Source of the DNA: an uncultured bacterium
GTDB taxonomy: Bacteria > Actinomycetota > Actinomycetes > S36-B12
Direction of reading: 5' to 3'
Length of the DNA: 64,000 bases
Assembly: GCA_963736365.1 (NCBI GenBank)
Contig: CAVTOM010000008.1
Location: 23,612 to 87,611 of the forward strand
Both the position numbers and the translations under genes were made by a program. A model generated the notes under the pieces. The model was not told where the DNA came from, ran no database searches, and saw only the letters and a list, made by a program, of their open reading frames with translations. Each line of letters begins with the position of its first letter. Positions within the stretch are counted from its first letter, which is position 1. Shown here piece after piece: positions 54,796 to 64,000 of the stretch.

Positions 54796-57165
54796 ATGGC
54801 GGACCTGCGCATCGGCGGCATGCTGGATGCCAGCACCCGCGAGCGGACCTCCGAGGCCACCGTCATCTCGAGCTCGGACCTCACGACCCACGGCGTCATC
54901 GTCGGCATGACCGGCTCCGGCAAGACCGGACTGGGCATCGTGCTGATCGAGGAGTGCCTGTCCGCCGGGATTCCGACGCTCCTGATCGACCCCAAGGGCG
55001 ACCTCACGAACCTGTGCCTCACCTTCCCCTCCCTCGCGCCCGCCGACTTCGAGCCGTGGGTCAACGAGAGCGACGTCGCCAAGGCCGGCGTCCCGGCAGC
55101 GGACTTCGCCGCCCAGCAGGCCACCACCTGGCGCGACGGGCTCGCGGGCTGGGACGTCGGCCCCGAGCGAATCGCCGACCTGCGGCAACGGGTCGAGTTC
55201 GAGGTCTACACCCCCGGGTCGGCCGCGGGACGGCAGCTCAACATCGTCGGATCCCTGCAGGCTCCCGGCGCCGACGCGAACGCCGAGGACACCGCCGACG
55301 AGATCGAGAGCTACGTCAGCAGCATCCTCGCCATGCTGGGCATCAACGCCGACCCCCTTGCCTCCCGGGAGCACGTCCTGCTCTCGTCGCTCATCCAGAA
55401 TTCCTGGAGTCGGGGCATCGACCTCGACCTCGCCACCCTCCTCGCACAGGTCCAGCAGCCCCCCATGCGCAAGCTCGGCGTGCTGGAGCTGGAGCAGTTC
55501 TTCCCGGCCCCCGACCGCGCCGCGTTCGCCGTGCGCCTGAACGCCCTGCTGGCCTCCCCCGGGTTCGCGACGTGGCTGGAGGGCGACCCCATCGACATCG
55601 ACGGGATGCTGCGCACGTCCGACGGGCGCCCCCGGTGCGCCATCGTCACCACCGCGCACCTGTCCGACGAGCAGCGGCAGTCGGTCACGGCCCTGGTCCT
55701 GTCCAAGTTCGTCACGTGGACTCGCCGGCAGGGCGGCTCGTCCGACCTGCGGGCCCTCCTCTACATGGATGAGGTTGCCGGCTACCTACCGCCCACGGCC
55801 AACCCGCCGACCAAGAAGCCGATCATGCTGCTCCTCAAGCAGGCCCGCGCCTTCGGCGTCGGCGTCGTGCTCTCCACCCAGAACCCGGTCGACGTGGACT
55901 ACAAGGCGCTCTCGAACGCCGGCACGTGGCTGATCGGCCGACTGCAGACCGAGCAGGACAAGGCCCGGCTGACCGACGGCCTGCGCAGCGCGGCCGGCTC
56001 CGTGGACATCACCGCCCTGGGCGAGACCATCTCGGCGCTCGGCAAGCGGCAGTTCGTCCTCAAGCGGGTCGGCTCGGACCAGCCCGCGCTCACGACGACG
56101 CGCTGGGCGATGAGCTACCTGCGCGGGCCCCTCGTCCGCGCGGAGATCTCCCGCCTCGCCACGGCCGGCCTGGTCGCGGGGACTGCAGCAGCACCGGCAG
56201 CGCCGGTCGCGGCGACCGCACCGGATGTGCCCGCCGCCGGGGACGGGCCCGCCGCCGACGACGAGGTGCCGGTCGCGCCCACCGTGGCACCGGGGATCGC
56301 CGTGTCCTATCTCGATCCGGCTGCGCCCTGGGCTGCGGCGATCGGGGCCGGACCCGGACCCCGCGTCGCGGCAGCCGCCGTTGCCCGCGTCCGGCTGCGC
56401 TACGACGACACCAAGGCCGCGCTCGTCCATGACGAGGAGTACGAGGCGGTGCTGCTCCCCGTCACGGCGGTCCCGCGCGCCACCGACTTCGTGGCGGTCG
56501 ACTACGACGATCGCGACCTCCTCGATGCCCCCGCCGCCACGGTCACCTACGTGCTGCCGCGAGCGGACATCGGGACCAAGTCATGGTGGACGACCCTCCA
56601 GCGATCGCTCACCGAGCACCTCGTCAGCACCCGCACGGTCGAGATCCTCGCCAACCCCGAGCTGAAGCTCTACTCGCGTGTCGGCGAGACGCCCGAGCAG
56701 TTCGCGCTGCGCTGCACGCAGGCCGCCGGAGAGAAGGCCGACGCCGCCATCGCCGCGCTGCAGCGCAAGTACGAGACGAAACTGCGCACGCTGCGCACGC
56801 GATCGGGCACGGCCGCCAACGCCGCGCAGCGCGCCGCATCCCAGCACGAGGCCCAACACGGCGCCACCACCCAGGTCACGACGATCCTCGGCGGCATCTT
56901 CGGCGGATCCCGCAGCCGCAAGTCGATCCTCACCGAGGCCCGCCGCACGTCGGCGTCGGCCGCTCGCGTCGATGCCGCGGTCGAGAAGGCGACCCTGGCG
57001 CAGGAGGCGATCCTCGACATCGAGGCCGAACTGCGCGCCGACATCACCGATCTCGACGCACGCTGGAACGCGGCGGCCGAGAACGTCCAGACGGTTCAGG
57101 TGCCGCTGGAGAAGTCGGACGTCGTCGTCGCCGACCTGCGACTCGTCTGGATTCCCACCCCCTAG
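54796..57165 (+). CDS. HerA/FtsK-superfamily ATPase (DUF87-like) with C-terminal coiled coil
   Basis: THGVIVGMTGSGKT, IDPKGD, YMDEV, KQARAFG, TQNPVD.DYK; TAGGTT 7 nt before ATG. Confidence 0.88.
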   Translation: MADLRIGGMLDASTRERTSEATVISSSDLTTHGVIVGMTGSGKTGLGIVLIEECLSAGIPTLLIDPKGDLTNLCLTFPSLAPADFEPWVNESDVAKAGVPAADFAAQQATTWRDGLAGWDVGPERIADLRQRVEFEVYTPGSAAGRQLNIVGSLQAPGADANAEDTADEIESYVSSILAMLGINADPLASREHVLLSSLIQNSWSRGIDLDLATLLAQVQQPPMRKLGVLELEQFFPAPDRAAFAVRLNALLASPGFATWLEGDPIDIDGMLRTSDGRPRCAIVTTAHLSDEQRQSVTALVLSKFVTWTRRQGGSSDLRALLYMDEVAGYLPPTANPPTKKPIMLLLKQARAFGVGVVLSTQNPVDVDYKALSNAGTWLIGRLQTEQDKARLTDGLRSAAGSVDITALGETISALGKRQFVLKRVGSDQPALTTTRWAMSYLRGPLVRAEISRLATAGLVAGTAAAPAAPVAATAPDVPAAGDGPAADDEVPVAPTVAPGIAVSYLDPAAPWAAAIGAGPGPRVAAAAVARVRLRYDDTKAALVHDEEYEAVLLPVTAVPRATDFVAVDYDDRDLLDAPAATVTYVLPRADIGTKSWWTTLQRSLTEHLVSTRTVEILANPELKLYSRVGETPEQFALRCTQAAGEKADAAIAALQRKYETKLRTLRTRSGTAANAAQRAASQHEAQHGATTQVTTILGGIFGGSRSRKSILTEARRTSASAARVDAAVEKATLAQEAILDIEAELRADITDLDARWNAAAENVQTVQVPLEKSDVVVADLRLVWIPTP

Positions 57166-57201
57166 CCCCGCCGCTCACCCACCACCCGGAGAGGACCGAC
57201 C

Positions 57202-58985
57202 ATGTCCCACACCGAAGCCGACGCACCAATCGGCTTTCCCGAGGCTGCCAGCGACAAGGGCCTGAAGACGGGGGCCCTCGGGCTCGTGTCGAGCATCGTC
57301 GTGGGCATGGCATCCACGGCGCCGGCCTACAGCCTCGCGGCCAGCCTCGGCTTCGTCGTGGCCACCGTCAACGGCGACGGCATCGTCGGCGTCAAGGCGC
57401 CGTCGATCATGCTGCTGGCGTTCATCCCGATGTTCTTCATCGCGATCGCCTACCAGCAGCTGAACCGGGCGGAGCCGGACTGCGGGACCACCTTCACCTG
57501 GGCGACCCGGGCGTTCGGGCCGCGCGCGGGCTGGATCGGCGGGTGGGGGATCATCGCCGCCGACGTCATCGTGATGGCCAACCTGGCGCAGATCGCCGGC
57601 TCATACGGCTTCCTGCTGTTCGGCCTCGACAATCTCGCCGAGTCGACGATCTGGAGCATGGTCGCCGGCGTCGTCTGGATCATCATCATGACGTACATCT
57701 GCTACCGCGGCATCGAGGTCTCGGCTCGCCTGCAGTACGCCCTCCTCGGCATCGAGGTCGTGGTCCTCGTCATCTTCTCGGTCATCGCGCTCGTGAAGGT
57801 CTACACCGGGAACGCCACGCCCGGCTCGCTCACGCCCGAGCTGTCCTGGCTGTTCCCGTCCGGCCTGACGCTCAGCGCCCTCGTGACCGCCACGCTCATC
57901 GCCGTGTTCATCTACTGGGGCTGGGACACCGCGGTGTCCATCAACGAGGAGACGTCCGACCCGGAGAAGACCCCGGGCCGCGCTGCGATCATCTCGACGC
58001 TGCTGCTCCTGCTCACGTACGCGATCGTGAGCGTCGCGACGGTCGCGTTCGCCGGCGTGGGCGAGACCGACCTCGGCCTGGCGAACCCGGAGAACTCCGA
58101 CGACGTGTTCCAGGCGCTCGGCCCGACAGTCTTCGGCGACTCCGGCATCGGCAAGGCGCTCGAGATCCTGCTGATCCTCTCGGTGCTCTCGTCCGCGGCC
58201 GCATCCACGCAGACGACGATCCTGCCGACCGCGCGCACCACCCTCGCCATGGGCGCCTACAAGGCCCTGCCCTCGTCCTTCGCCAACATCCACCCGAAGT
58301 ACCTGACGCCCACCGTGGCGACGGTGTGGATGGGCGTGGTGTCGATCGCCTTCTACGTGGGCCTCACCCTGGTCAGCGAGAACGTCCTCGGGGACTCGAT
58401 CGCGGCCGTGGGCCTCATGATCGCCTTCTACTACGGCGTCACCGGGTTCGCCGCGGTCTGGTTCTACCGCCACGACATCTTCACCACCGGTCGCAACTTC
58501 GTCATGAAGGGACTGTTCCCCTTCCTTGGCGGACTGCTGCTGCTGACCGCGTTCGTCATCGCCTCCTACCAGTACGCCCAGCCCGACTACGGCAGCACGA
58601 CGCTGAACGGGATCGGCGGCGTCTTCATCATCGGCATCGGCGCCCTGCTGCTCGGCGTCGTGCTGATGTTCGTGTGGAACATGGTCGCGCCGGCCTTCTT
58701 CCGTGGCGAGACGCTGCCCAAGCGCACCTCGTCCGAGCTGGTCCTGGTCATGTCCGCCTTCGAGGAGGAGACCGTCCGGCTGCCCGACTCGGGCCTGCCG
58801 GACATCATCATCGCGCCGGACCTGTCGAACCTCCCCGAGGGCGCCGTGGCGATCGACCTCGAGACCGGCGAGGAGTTCGAGAACACCGGCCAGCTGCGCG
58901 CCTTCCGCGCGGAGCAGCTGGAGGAGATGGCGGCAGCGAGGCCGAGGCGGAGGCGGAGCCCGAGGACGACGAGCCGAAGGCCTAG
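57202..58985 (+). CDS. APC family amino acid/amine permease; frameshift near 58935
   Basis: STAPAYSLA, PDCGTTFTW, IYWGWD, EET, about 12 TM segments. Confidence 0.9.
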
Positions 58986-61049
58986 CCGGCCCGGCACCAG
59001 AAGCGGTAGTCGGCCGGATCGGCCTTCGGCACGATCGACCAGCCGCGGGTGGTGTCATCCGAGGACCCGGCCGGGCCCTCCCACAGGACGGAGCCGATCA
59101 CGGTTCCGTCCAGGGAGACCAGCCCGGCCGCGTCACCGACGGCGCACGCGGACGAGGCGCGGTCCACGATCACGGCCTGCTGCGGGGACTGGCCCGGCAG
59201 GGCACGGACGTCGACCTCGGACACCTCGACCCAGCCGTCGGGCACCGGGGCGTCGAGCAGCGCGGTGTCGATCCCGACGGCGAACGGGTAGCGCGGGTCC
59301 GGGGGGCTCAGGTCGTCCTGCGGTCCACGGGTCGACCTCGGCCACCCCCGCGTAGGGATACGGGGTCATGACTCCGCCGGCGACGGTCGAGAACACCGGC
59401 CCGCCCGGGACGGCGGCGCTCAGGTCCGGGGACAGGCCCTCGTCGGCTGTCGGCGTCGCGCCGGCCGTGGCGAGCACGGTGGCCGCGATCTGCCCCGTCG
59501 ACCGCGGCTCCGTGACGACCTGCGGCTCGGCCTGCCCCGGTGCCTTCACGATCAGCGGCACGTGAGCGATCTCCGACCACCGCTGCACCAGCGTGTCGCC
59601 GACGCGGCGATCGGCGCCGTCGGTCATGGTCGCACCGTGGTCGGCCGTGACCACGATCATCGTGTCCTCGTACAGGCCCTTGGCCTTGAGGTCATCGACG
59701 AGGTCGCCCAGCTGGCGGTCGAAGTCAACGGCCGAGGCCGCGTACAGCCGGCGCTGGAGGGACTTCAGCTCCTCGGTCGTGTAGGTCTGGTCGGGCTCGG
59801 CGCCCAGCATGTGCGCGCCCTCGACGATGGGGACCCGGAACGGGAAGATCGCCTGCCCGTCACGGTCCACGACCCAGGGTGCATGTGTGCGGATGGTGTG
59901 CCAGAAGGCGAAGAACGGAGTGCCGGGGTCCGCCGATACGACCTGGTCGATCCCGGCGATCGCGCTCGCGACCGAGGACGCCTGCGACGACTCGTCGAAC
60001 TCGTCTCCGCCGCTCCAGAAGTCGCGCCACTTGCCGTCCAGCGACGGGAAGAGGTCGGAGAACGGCGCTGCCAGCGCCGTGCGGCCAGCGATGGCGAGAG
60101 TGTCCTTGGCGAAGCCCCAGTACCGGGCGACCGCGCCGACGTCCGAGCCCGCGCCCACGCTGGCGCAGGCCGAGGTCTCGCAGTCGAAGGAGAAGATCGG
60201 CGAGTCCATCACGATCGAGTACTCCGAGGCCAGCCCCGGGATGATGCCGATCCCGGATCGCACCTGCTGCATCCGGTCGGTGCCCTGCCCGGCCGCGTCC
60301 GAGATGCCCGCGAGCATGGACGGCACGGCGTAGTCGGTGTAGTTGGCGGCCGTGTAGGCGCGCGTGTACGTCGTGGCGTCCTGCTGAAGGGCGCGCAGGT
60401 TCGGGAACTCCGGTCGGACCTGTCCGTCCTGCGTGAGGGGCAGGGGGTACTGCAGCTCGTCGGCCACCACCCAGACGATGTTGGGCCGATCGACCTGGGC
60501 GTCGAAGGCGTACGCGTCCTTGGTGGTGGACGCCGGACCGGACAGCACCGTGGCGATGAGCGGGACGGCGGCGGCGATGCCCGCGAACACCACGAGCACC
60601 GTTCCCATCGCGAATCGTCGGGCCAGCAGCGTGATCGCCGCTGCCACCACGAGGCCGACGACCGGTCCGAGGACGGGAACCCCGGACAGCAGCGTCCGGG
60701 CCAGCACGTTGCCGACGAAGAACCACGTCACCAGCAGCATGACGACGGACGTAACGATGTCGAACGCTCGGGGGCTGGCTGCCCGACCCAGCAGCGACAG
60801 CAGGAGGGTGAGGACGAGCCAGCCCACCGCCAGGGCGGCGACGAGCAGCACGATCCATGCGAGCGGTGCCACGCCGTGGGCGGCGAAGAACACCTCGTTG
60901 GCCGCGATCTTGTCGCTGGCGGGGATCACCACCGCGAGGATGGCGACCGCCATGATCCATGACGCATTGTTCGCGGCCCCGGTGTTGGTCCGCGGACCCA
61001 CCCTCGACGCCAGGGTCGACCAGGTCACGACGCGCTCGACAGATCCCAT
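58982..61049 (-). CDS. Membrane-anchored alkaline-phosphatase-superfamily (sulfatase/LtaS-like) protein; frameshift near 59315
   Basis: About five N-terminal TMs, PNIVWVVADE, FPNL, NYTDYAVPSMLAG, THAPW, VTADHG, HVPLIVK. Confidence 0.85.
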
Positions 61050-62479
61050 GCGTTTACGACGACGCGGGTGGGTGACGTGGTTCCCACCACCTCGACGCGG
61101 GCGTACCGGACCCGCAGGGCGGTGAGGAGAGCCTGCGTCGAGTAGTCACCCATCCAGTTGGGGATCTGGCTGATGAGGAGCCGCGACTTCTCGTCCTCCT
61201 CGGTGGCGAACTCGATCTGGACCGGAGCGCCGAAGGAGGCGAGCGTGTCGACGGCGAACTGCATGGGCGTGCCCTGGGTGATGACGATGTGGTGCAGGAC
61301 CGCCTGGCAGATCACGGCACTGGGTCGCACGCGGGCGGTGAAGGCCGCGAACTCGCGCTCCAGCAGGCCCGAGCCGGGCGTCAGGTTGGTGACGTCGCCG
61401 AGGACGGGGGTGATCCGGGAACTGAGCTCCGGCACGGCGGCGACGCCGCCGTGCAGCACGTCGAGCGCCCCCGCGTCGGCGTCCATCACGATGACGCGGG
61501 CGTCGGCGTGCCGCACGAGGTGCGTGGCGGTGAACCCGTCGTTGCCTCCGACATCGAGGACGAGGCGTGCTCCCCCGTCGAGACCGGTGACGAACTGGGT
61601 TGCCATGGCGGACTTGCGGGTCAGGTCGTCGCTGCCGTAGTGCGCACGAGTGCCGTAGTCCACCCACGTCGTGCTGTGCTCACGACCGTGCAACTTCAGC
61701 ACCTGCTTGCGCAGGCGCTTGGTCAGGGACAGCGTCGCATTGCGGGCGAGATCGGGGTTGCGTCCGGCCTCCGTGGCGTACTTCGACTCGCTCGGGGCGT
61801 TCTTCTCCACGGGTCGGGTCGTGGCCTGCAGGAGGAGCAGCGACAGGCTGCGCCGCCGCCCCTTCGGCAGCAGCTGCCGTGCCGACTCGGACCGCAGGCC
61901 GCGATGGCGAGCCAGCTCCCAGGCGTCGGCGGCCGTCACCTTCTCCCCCGATCCGACGGCGAGGGGGTTCACGAAGTGCTCGATGAACTGACGCGACGCG
62001 TTCCACGACGGATTGGGGCGCCAGGCCTCGATGGAGCCGAGGTCGATGAACACGGGGCGCAGGCCACGGAACTGCACGTTGAAGGCCGATGCGTCCTTGA
62101 GGTCGAGGCCGACGGCCAGCAGCCGGGTGCGCAGGTCCAGGGTCAGGAGCGCCGCCGACTCGAGCAGCGAGTTGGGCCACTCCCAGGGATACGTGATGAG
62201 GTCGACAGCCTCGACCGCGAAAACGCTCCGGTCGTCGCCGGCAACGCGCCCGGACTGGTCGGCGTAGGCGTCCAGCACCCGGCGAGCGACGTCGCCGTCG
62301 ACCTCGTCGTAGGAGACCAGCGCTCCCTCGGCCACCAGGGCGGTGTAGAGGTCGGACGCCCGCAGCGTCCGCAGCGCGGCGGCTGAGGACGCAGCAGCGA
62401 TGCGGTACCAGGTGCCGTCGACGAGGACGGCCGCGTTCTCGGGGTCGCGGAAGCTGGCGGACCCGGTGGTTTCTGGCAC
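61025..62479 (-). CDS. NoeA-like protein: N-terminal kinase-like domain plus class I SAM methyltransferase
   Basis: SFRDP, TYPWEW, LKDASAFNVQF, PVFIDLGS; VLDVGGNDG, AVLHHI, IEF. Confidence 0.8.
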   Translation of the reverse strand: MPETTGSASFRDPENAAVLVDGTWYRIAAASSAAALRTLRASDLYTALVAEGALVSYDEVDGDVARRVLDAYADQSGRVAGDDRSVFAVEAVDLITYPWEWPNSLLESAALLTLDLRTRLLAVGLDLKDASAFNVQFRGLRPVFIDLGSIEAWRPNPSWNASRQFIEHFVNPLAVGSGEKVTAADAWELARHRGLRSESARQLLPKGRRRSLSLLLLQATTRPVEKNAPSESKYATEAGRNPDLARNATLSLTKRLRKQVLKLHGREHSTTWVDYGTRAHYGSDDLTRKSAMATQFVTGLDGGARLVLDVGGNDGFTATHLVRHADARVIVMDADAGALDVLHGGVAAVPELSSRITPVLGDVTNLTPGSGLLEREFAAFTARVRPSAVICQAVLHHIVITQGTPMQFAVDTLASFGAPVQIEFATEEDEKSRLLISQIPNWMGDYSTQALLTALRVRYARVEVVGTTSPTRVVVNAWDLSSAS

Positions 62480-62486
62480 GTGGAGG

Positions 62487-62660
62487 TCAGGCGTCGTTCG
62501 AGGCCGACTCGGGGTCGGTCAGGGGAGCCTCACCCTTCTTGCCGCGCAGCTTGGCGACATTGGACCGGATGAAGAACCACGTGCCGGCGGCACCGCTGGC
62601 GATGGCGGCCAGCAGGTACGACCCTGTGCCCGCGTCGATGTAACCGACCAGATCCAGCAT
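62487..62660 (-). CDS. 57-aa single-TM micropeptide with YIDxGTGS motif (absent from ORF track)
   Basis: GAGGTG RBS; MLDLVGYIDAGTGSYLLAAIASGAAGTWFFIRSNVAKLRGKKGEAPLTDPESASNDA; stops 7 bp before next gene. Confidence 0.8.
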   Translation of the reverse strand: MLDLVGYIDAGTGSYLLAAIASGAAGTWFFIRSNVAKLRGKKGEAPLTDPESASNDA

Positions 62661-62731
62661 GTTCACCTCACGTATTCCTGTGCGTCATGGTCGAGGGTAC
62701 ATGGCGACAACCCGGTCGCAGGCCAGCGGCA

Positions 62732-63028
62732 TCAGCCGGGGGTGACCGCCCAGTCGAAGGCGCCCTGGTCGTCGGTCTGCACGACCCTGATCGTGACGAC
62801 GGCGCCATCGGCGGGATCGATGGCCGTGCAGGTGAAGGCGGCGCCCTCCTGGGCCGCCACCGCCGTGGGGCACGTCACCGCGAAGTCCCCGCCCACCTGC
62901 TCGCGCAGGCCGGCGGCAATGGCCTCCTGGACGTCCGTCGAGCGCAGCGAGGCAGCGGCCGAACACGACGTGGCGGCCAGCGCCGACGCGCACGCCAAGA
63001 CGACGGCGACCGCCGTCCGGCTCCTCAT
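62732..63028 (-). CDS. DUF4333-like lipoprotein
   Basis: Lipobox-like ATSC, VTCP, G..FTC; TAGGCT 7 nt before ATG. Confidence 0.72.
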   Translation of the reverse strand: MRSRTAVAVVLACASALAATSCSAAASLRSTDVQEAIAAGLREQVGGDFAVTCPTAVAAQEGAAFTCTAIDPADGAVVTIRVVQTDDQGAFDWAVTPG

Positions 63029-63179
63029 GGAGCCGAGCCTAGGGGGCAGCCGCCCGGCTTCGTCAGAATCTGGGGGTGGTTCGGTGATTCGGGCGCTACG
63101 ACCCATACCGCCGCGAGATAGTGGACCCGCGGACCGCGCACCCGCCGCGTCCGTCGCGGATGATCGGAAGGTGGACACC

Positions 63180-63737
63180 ATGGGCTCGTTCGGCACCCGT
63201 CCCGGCATCGCACTGGCGGCCCTGGCCGCAGCCTCGGCGATGCTGCTCGCGTCGTGCTCATCCGACCCCGAACCGACCGCCTCCGCGAGCGCCTCCGCGG
63301 TGCTCCCGTCCGCCAGCGCCACCGCCGACCCGTCGGCCAGCGCCACCGCTGTGCCCTCCGGCGCTGCGGTCGCAGCCTGTGCCGCGTACTTCGACCTCGA
63401 CCTCCTGAACAGCCAGTACGCCGGCGGCGCGGTGGAGAACGGCAACCTCACCGAGGCGCAGGTGCGCGAGCAGTTCCAGGCCGACCTCAAGGAGCTCACG
63501 GCCCAGGCCAAGGCCGCGGTCGCCGACGGTTCGGCCGATGCCAAGCTCGTCGCCAACGCCAAGCGCATGAAGAAGATCGTCAAGACGCTGAACAAGCAGG
63601 AGGCCCTGTCCGACCTGTCGAAGAAGCAGCAGACGAGGTTCGCCAAGTCCTCCTTGCGGGTCCAGAAGGCCTGCGACCGAGCCGGGTTCCCGCTGCCTGC
63701 GGACAACATCACTGCCCGCACGGCCGCCGGCCTCTGA
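63180..63737 (+). CDS. Putative lipoprotein
   Basis: Lipobox LASC, Ser/Ala/Pro linker, helical domain with a Cys pair. Confidence 0.72.
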   Translation: MGSFGTRPGIALAALAAASAMLLASCSSDPEPTASASASAVLPSASATADPSASATAVPSGAAVAACAAYFDLDLLNSQYAGGAVENGNLTEAQVREQFQADLKELTAQAKAAVADGSADAKLVANAKRMKKIVKTLNKQEALSDLSKKQQTRFAKSSLRVQKACDRAGFPLPADNITARTAAGL

Positions 63738-63750
63738 GCGCAGTCGCCTC

Positions 63751-64000
63751 GTGACTGAGGCCCCCTTCCAGCGCAATTTCGCCGACCGGATGTCGCTGCA
63801 CCAGGTCGACCGCGACATCTTCACCGGCTGGTGCCACTCCGGCTCGCCCCTGCGCGCCTACGGCGGGCAGATCGCGGCCCAGTCGCTGGTCGCGGCCGGT
63901 CACACGGTCGACGACCCTGCGCGCCGCGTCCACAGCCTGCACGGCTACTTCCTGCGCCCGGGCCGGACCAAGGACTCGATCACCTACCTCGTGGACCGCC
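63751..64000 (+). CDS. tesB: Acyl-CoA thioesterase II (runs off window end)
   Basis: RAYGGQIAAQSL.AA, VHSLHGYFLRPG, ITYLVDR. Confidence 0.85.
   Translation, partial: MTEAPFQRNFADRMSLHQVDRDIFTGWCHSGSPLRAYGGQIAAQSLVAAGHTVDDPARRVHSLHGYFLRPGRTKDSITYLVDR

Noticed and set aside
58982-61049. Formylglycine-dependent sulfatase
   Set aside because: Lacks C/SxPxR; Thr at the nucleophile position and no maturase nearby

Overview
High-GC actinobacterial chromosomal segment. Gene order ctaI/ctaJ-like, glbO, GH13 glucosidase, thioesterase, ettA, second ssb recalls the conserved Actinomycetota locus; mscR implies mycothiol chemistry. It holds about 55 genes, one tRNA-Arg(UCU), no rRNA, no CRISPR and no integrase or transposase. 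More than 20 genes carry single-base frameshifts, most simply read as long-read assembly indels, so interrupted genes are reported as CDS with approximate break points. Main blocks: carbohydrate/peptidase housekeeping (1-18.7 kb); a sulfite reductase-cysH-cysG-sirB-hemACDBL operon behind an unannotated Cys-containing leader peptide (19-28.6 kb); two DUF222-HNH genes with PafBC-type promoters; MFS/MMPL transporters; a c-di-GMP-flavoured region ([DE]RR-repeat microprotein, REC-EAL, GT2 plus GH18); mscR-fmh-recQ; an S1P-lyase-like/FGGY kinase operon. Best candidates for undescribed systems: (i) a YIDxGTGS membrane micropeptide, kinase-methyltransferase fusion and Thr-nucleophile LtaS-like operon at 59-62.7 kb, and (ii) a covarying REP-like palindrome family attached to a DUF559 nuclease gene. 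All family calls are by motif recognition only; no searches were run.
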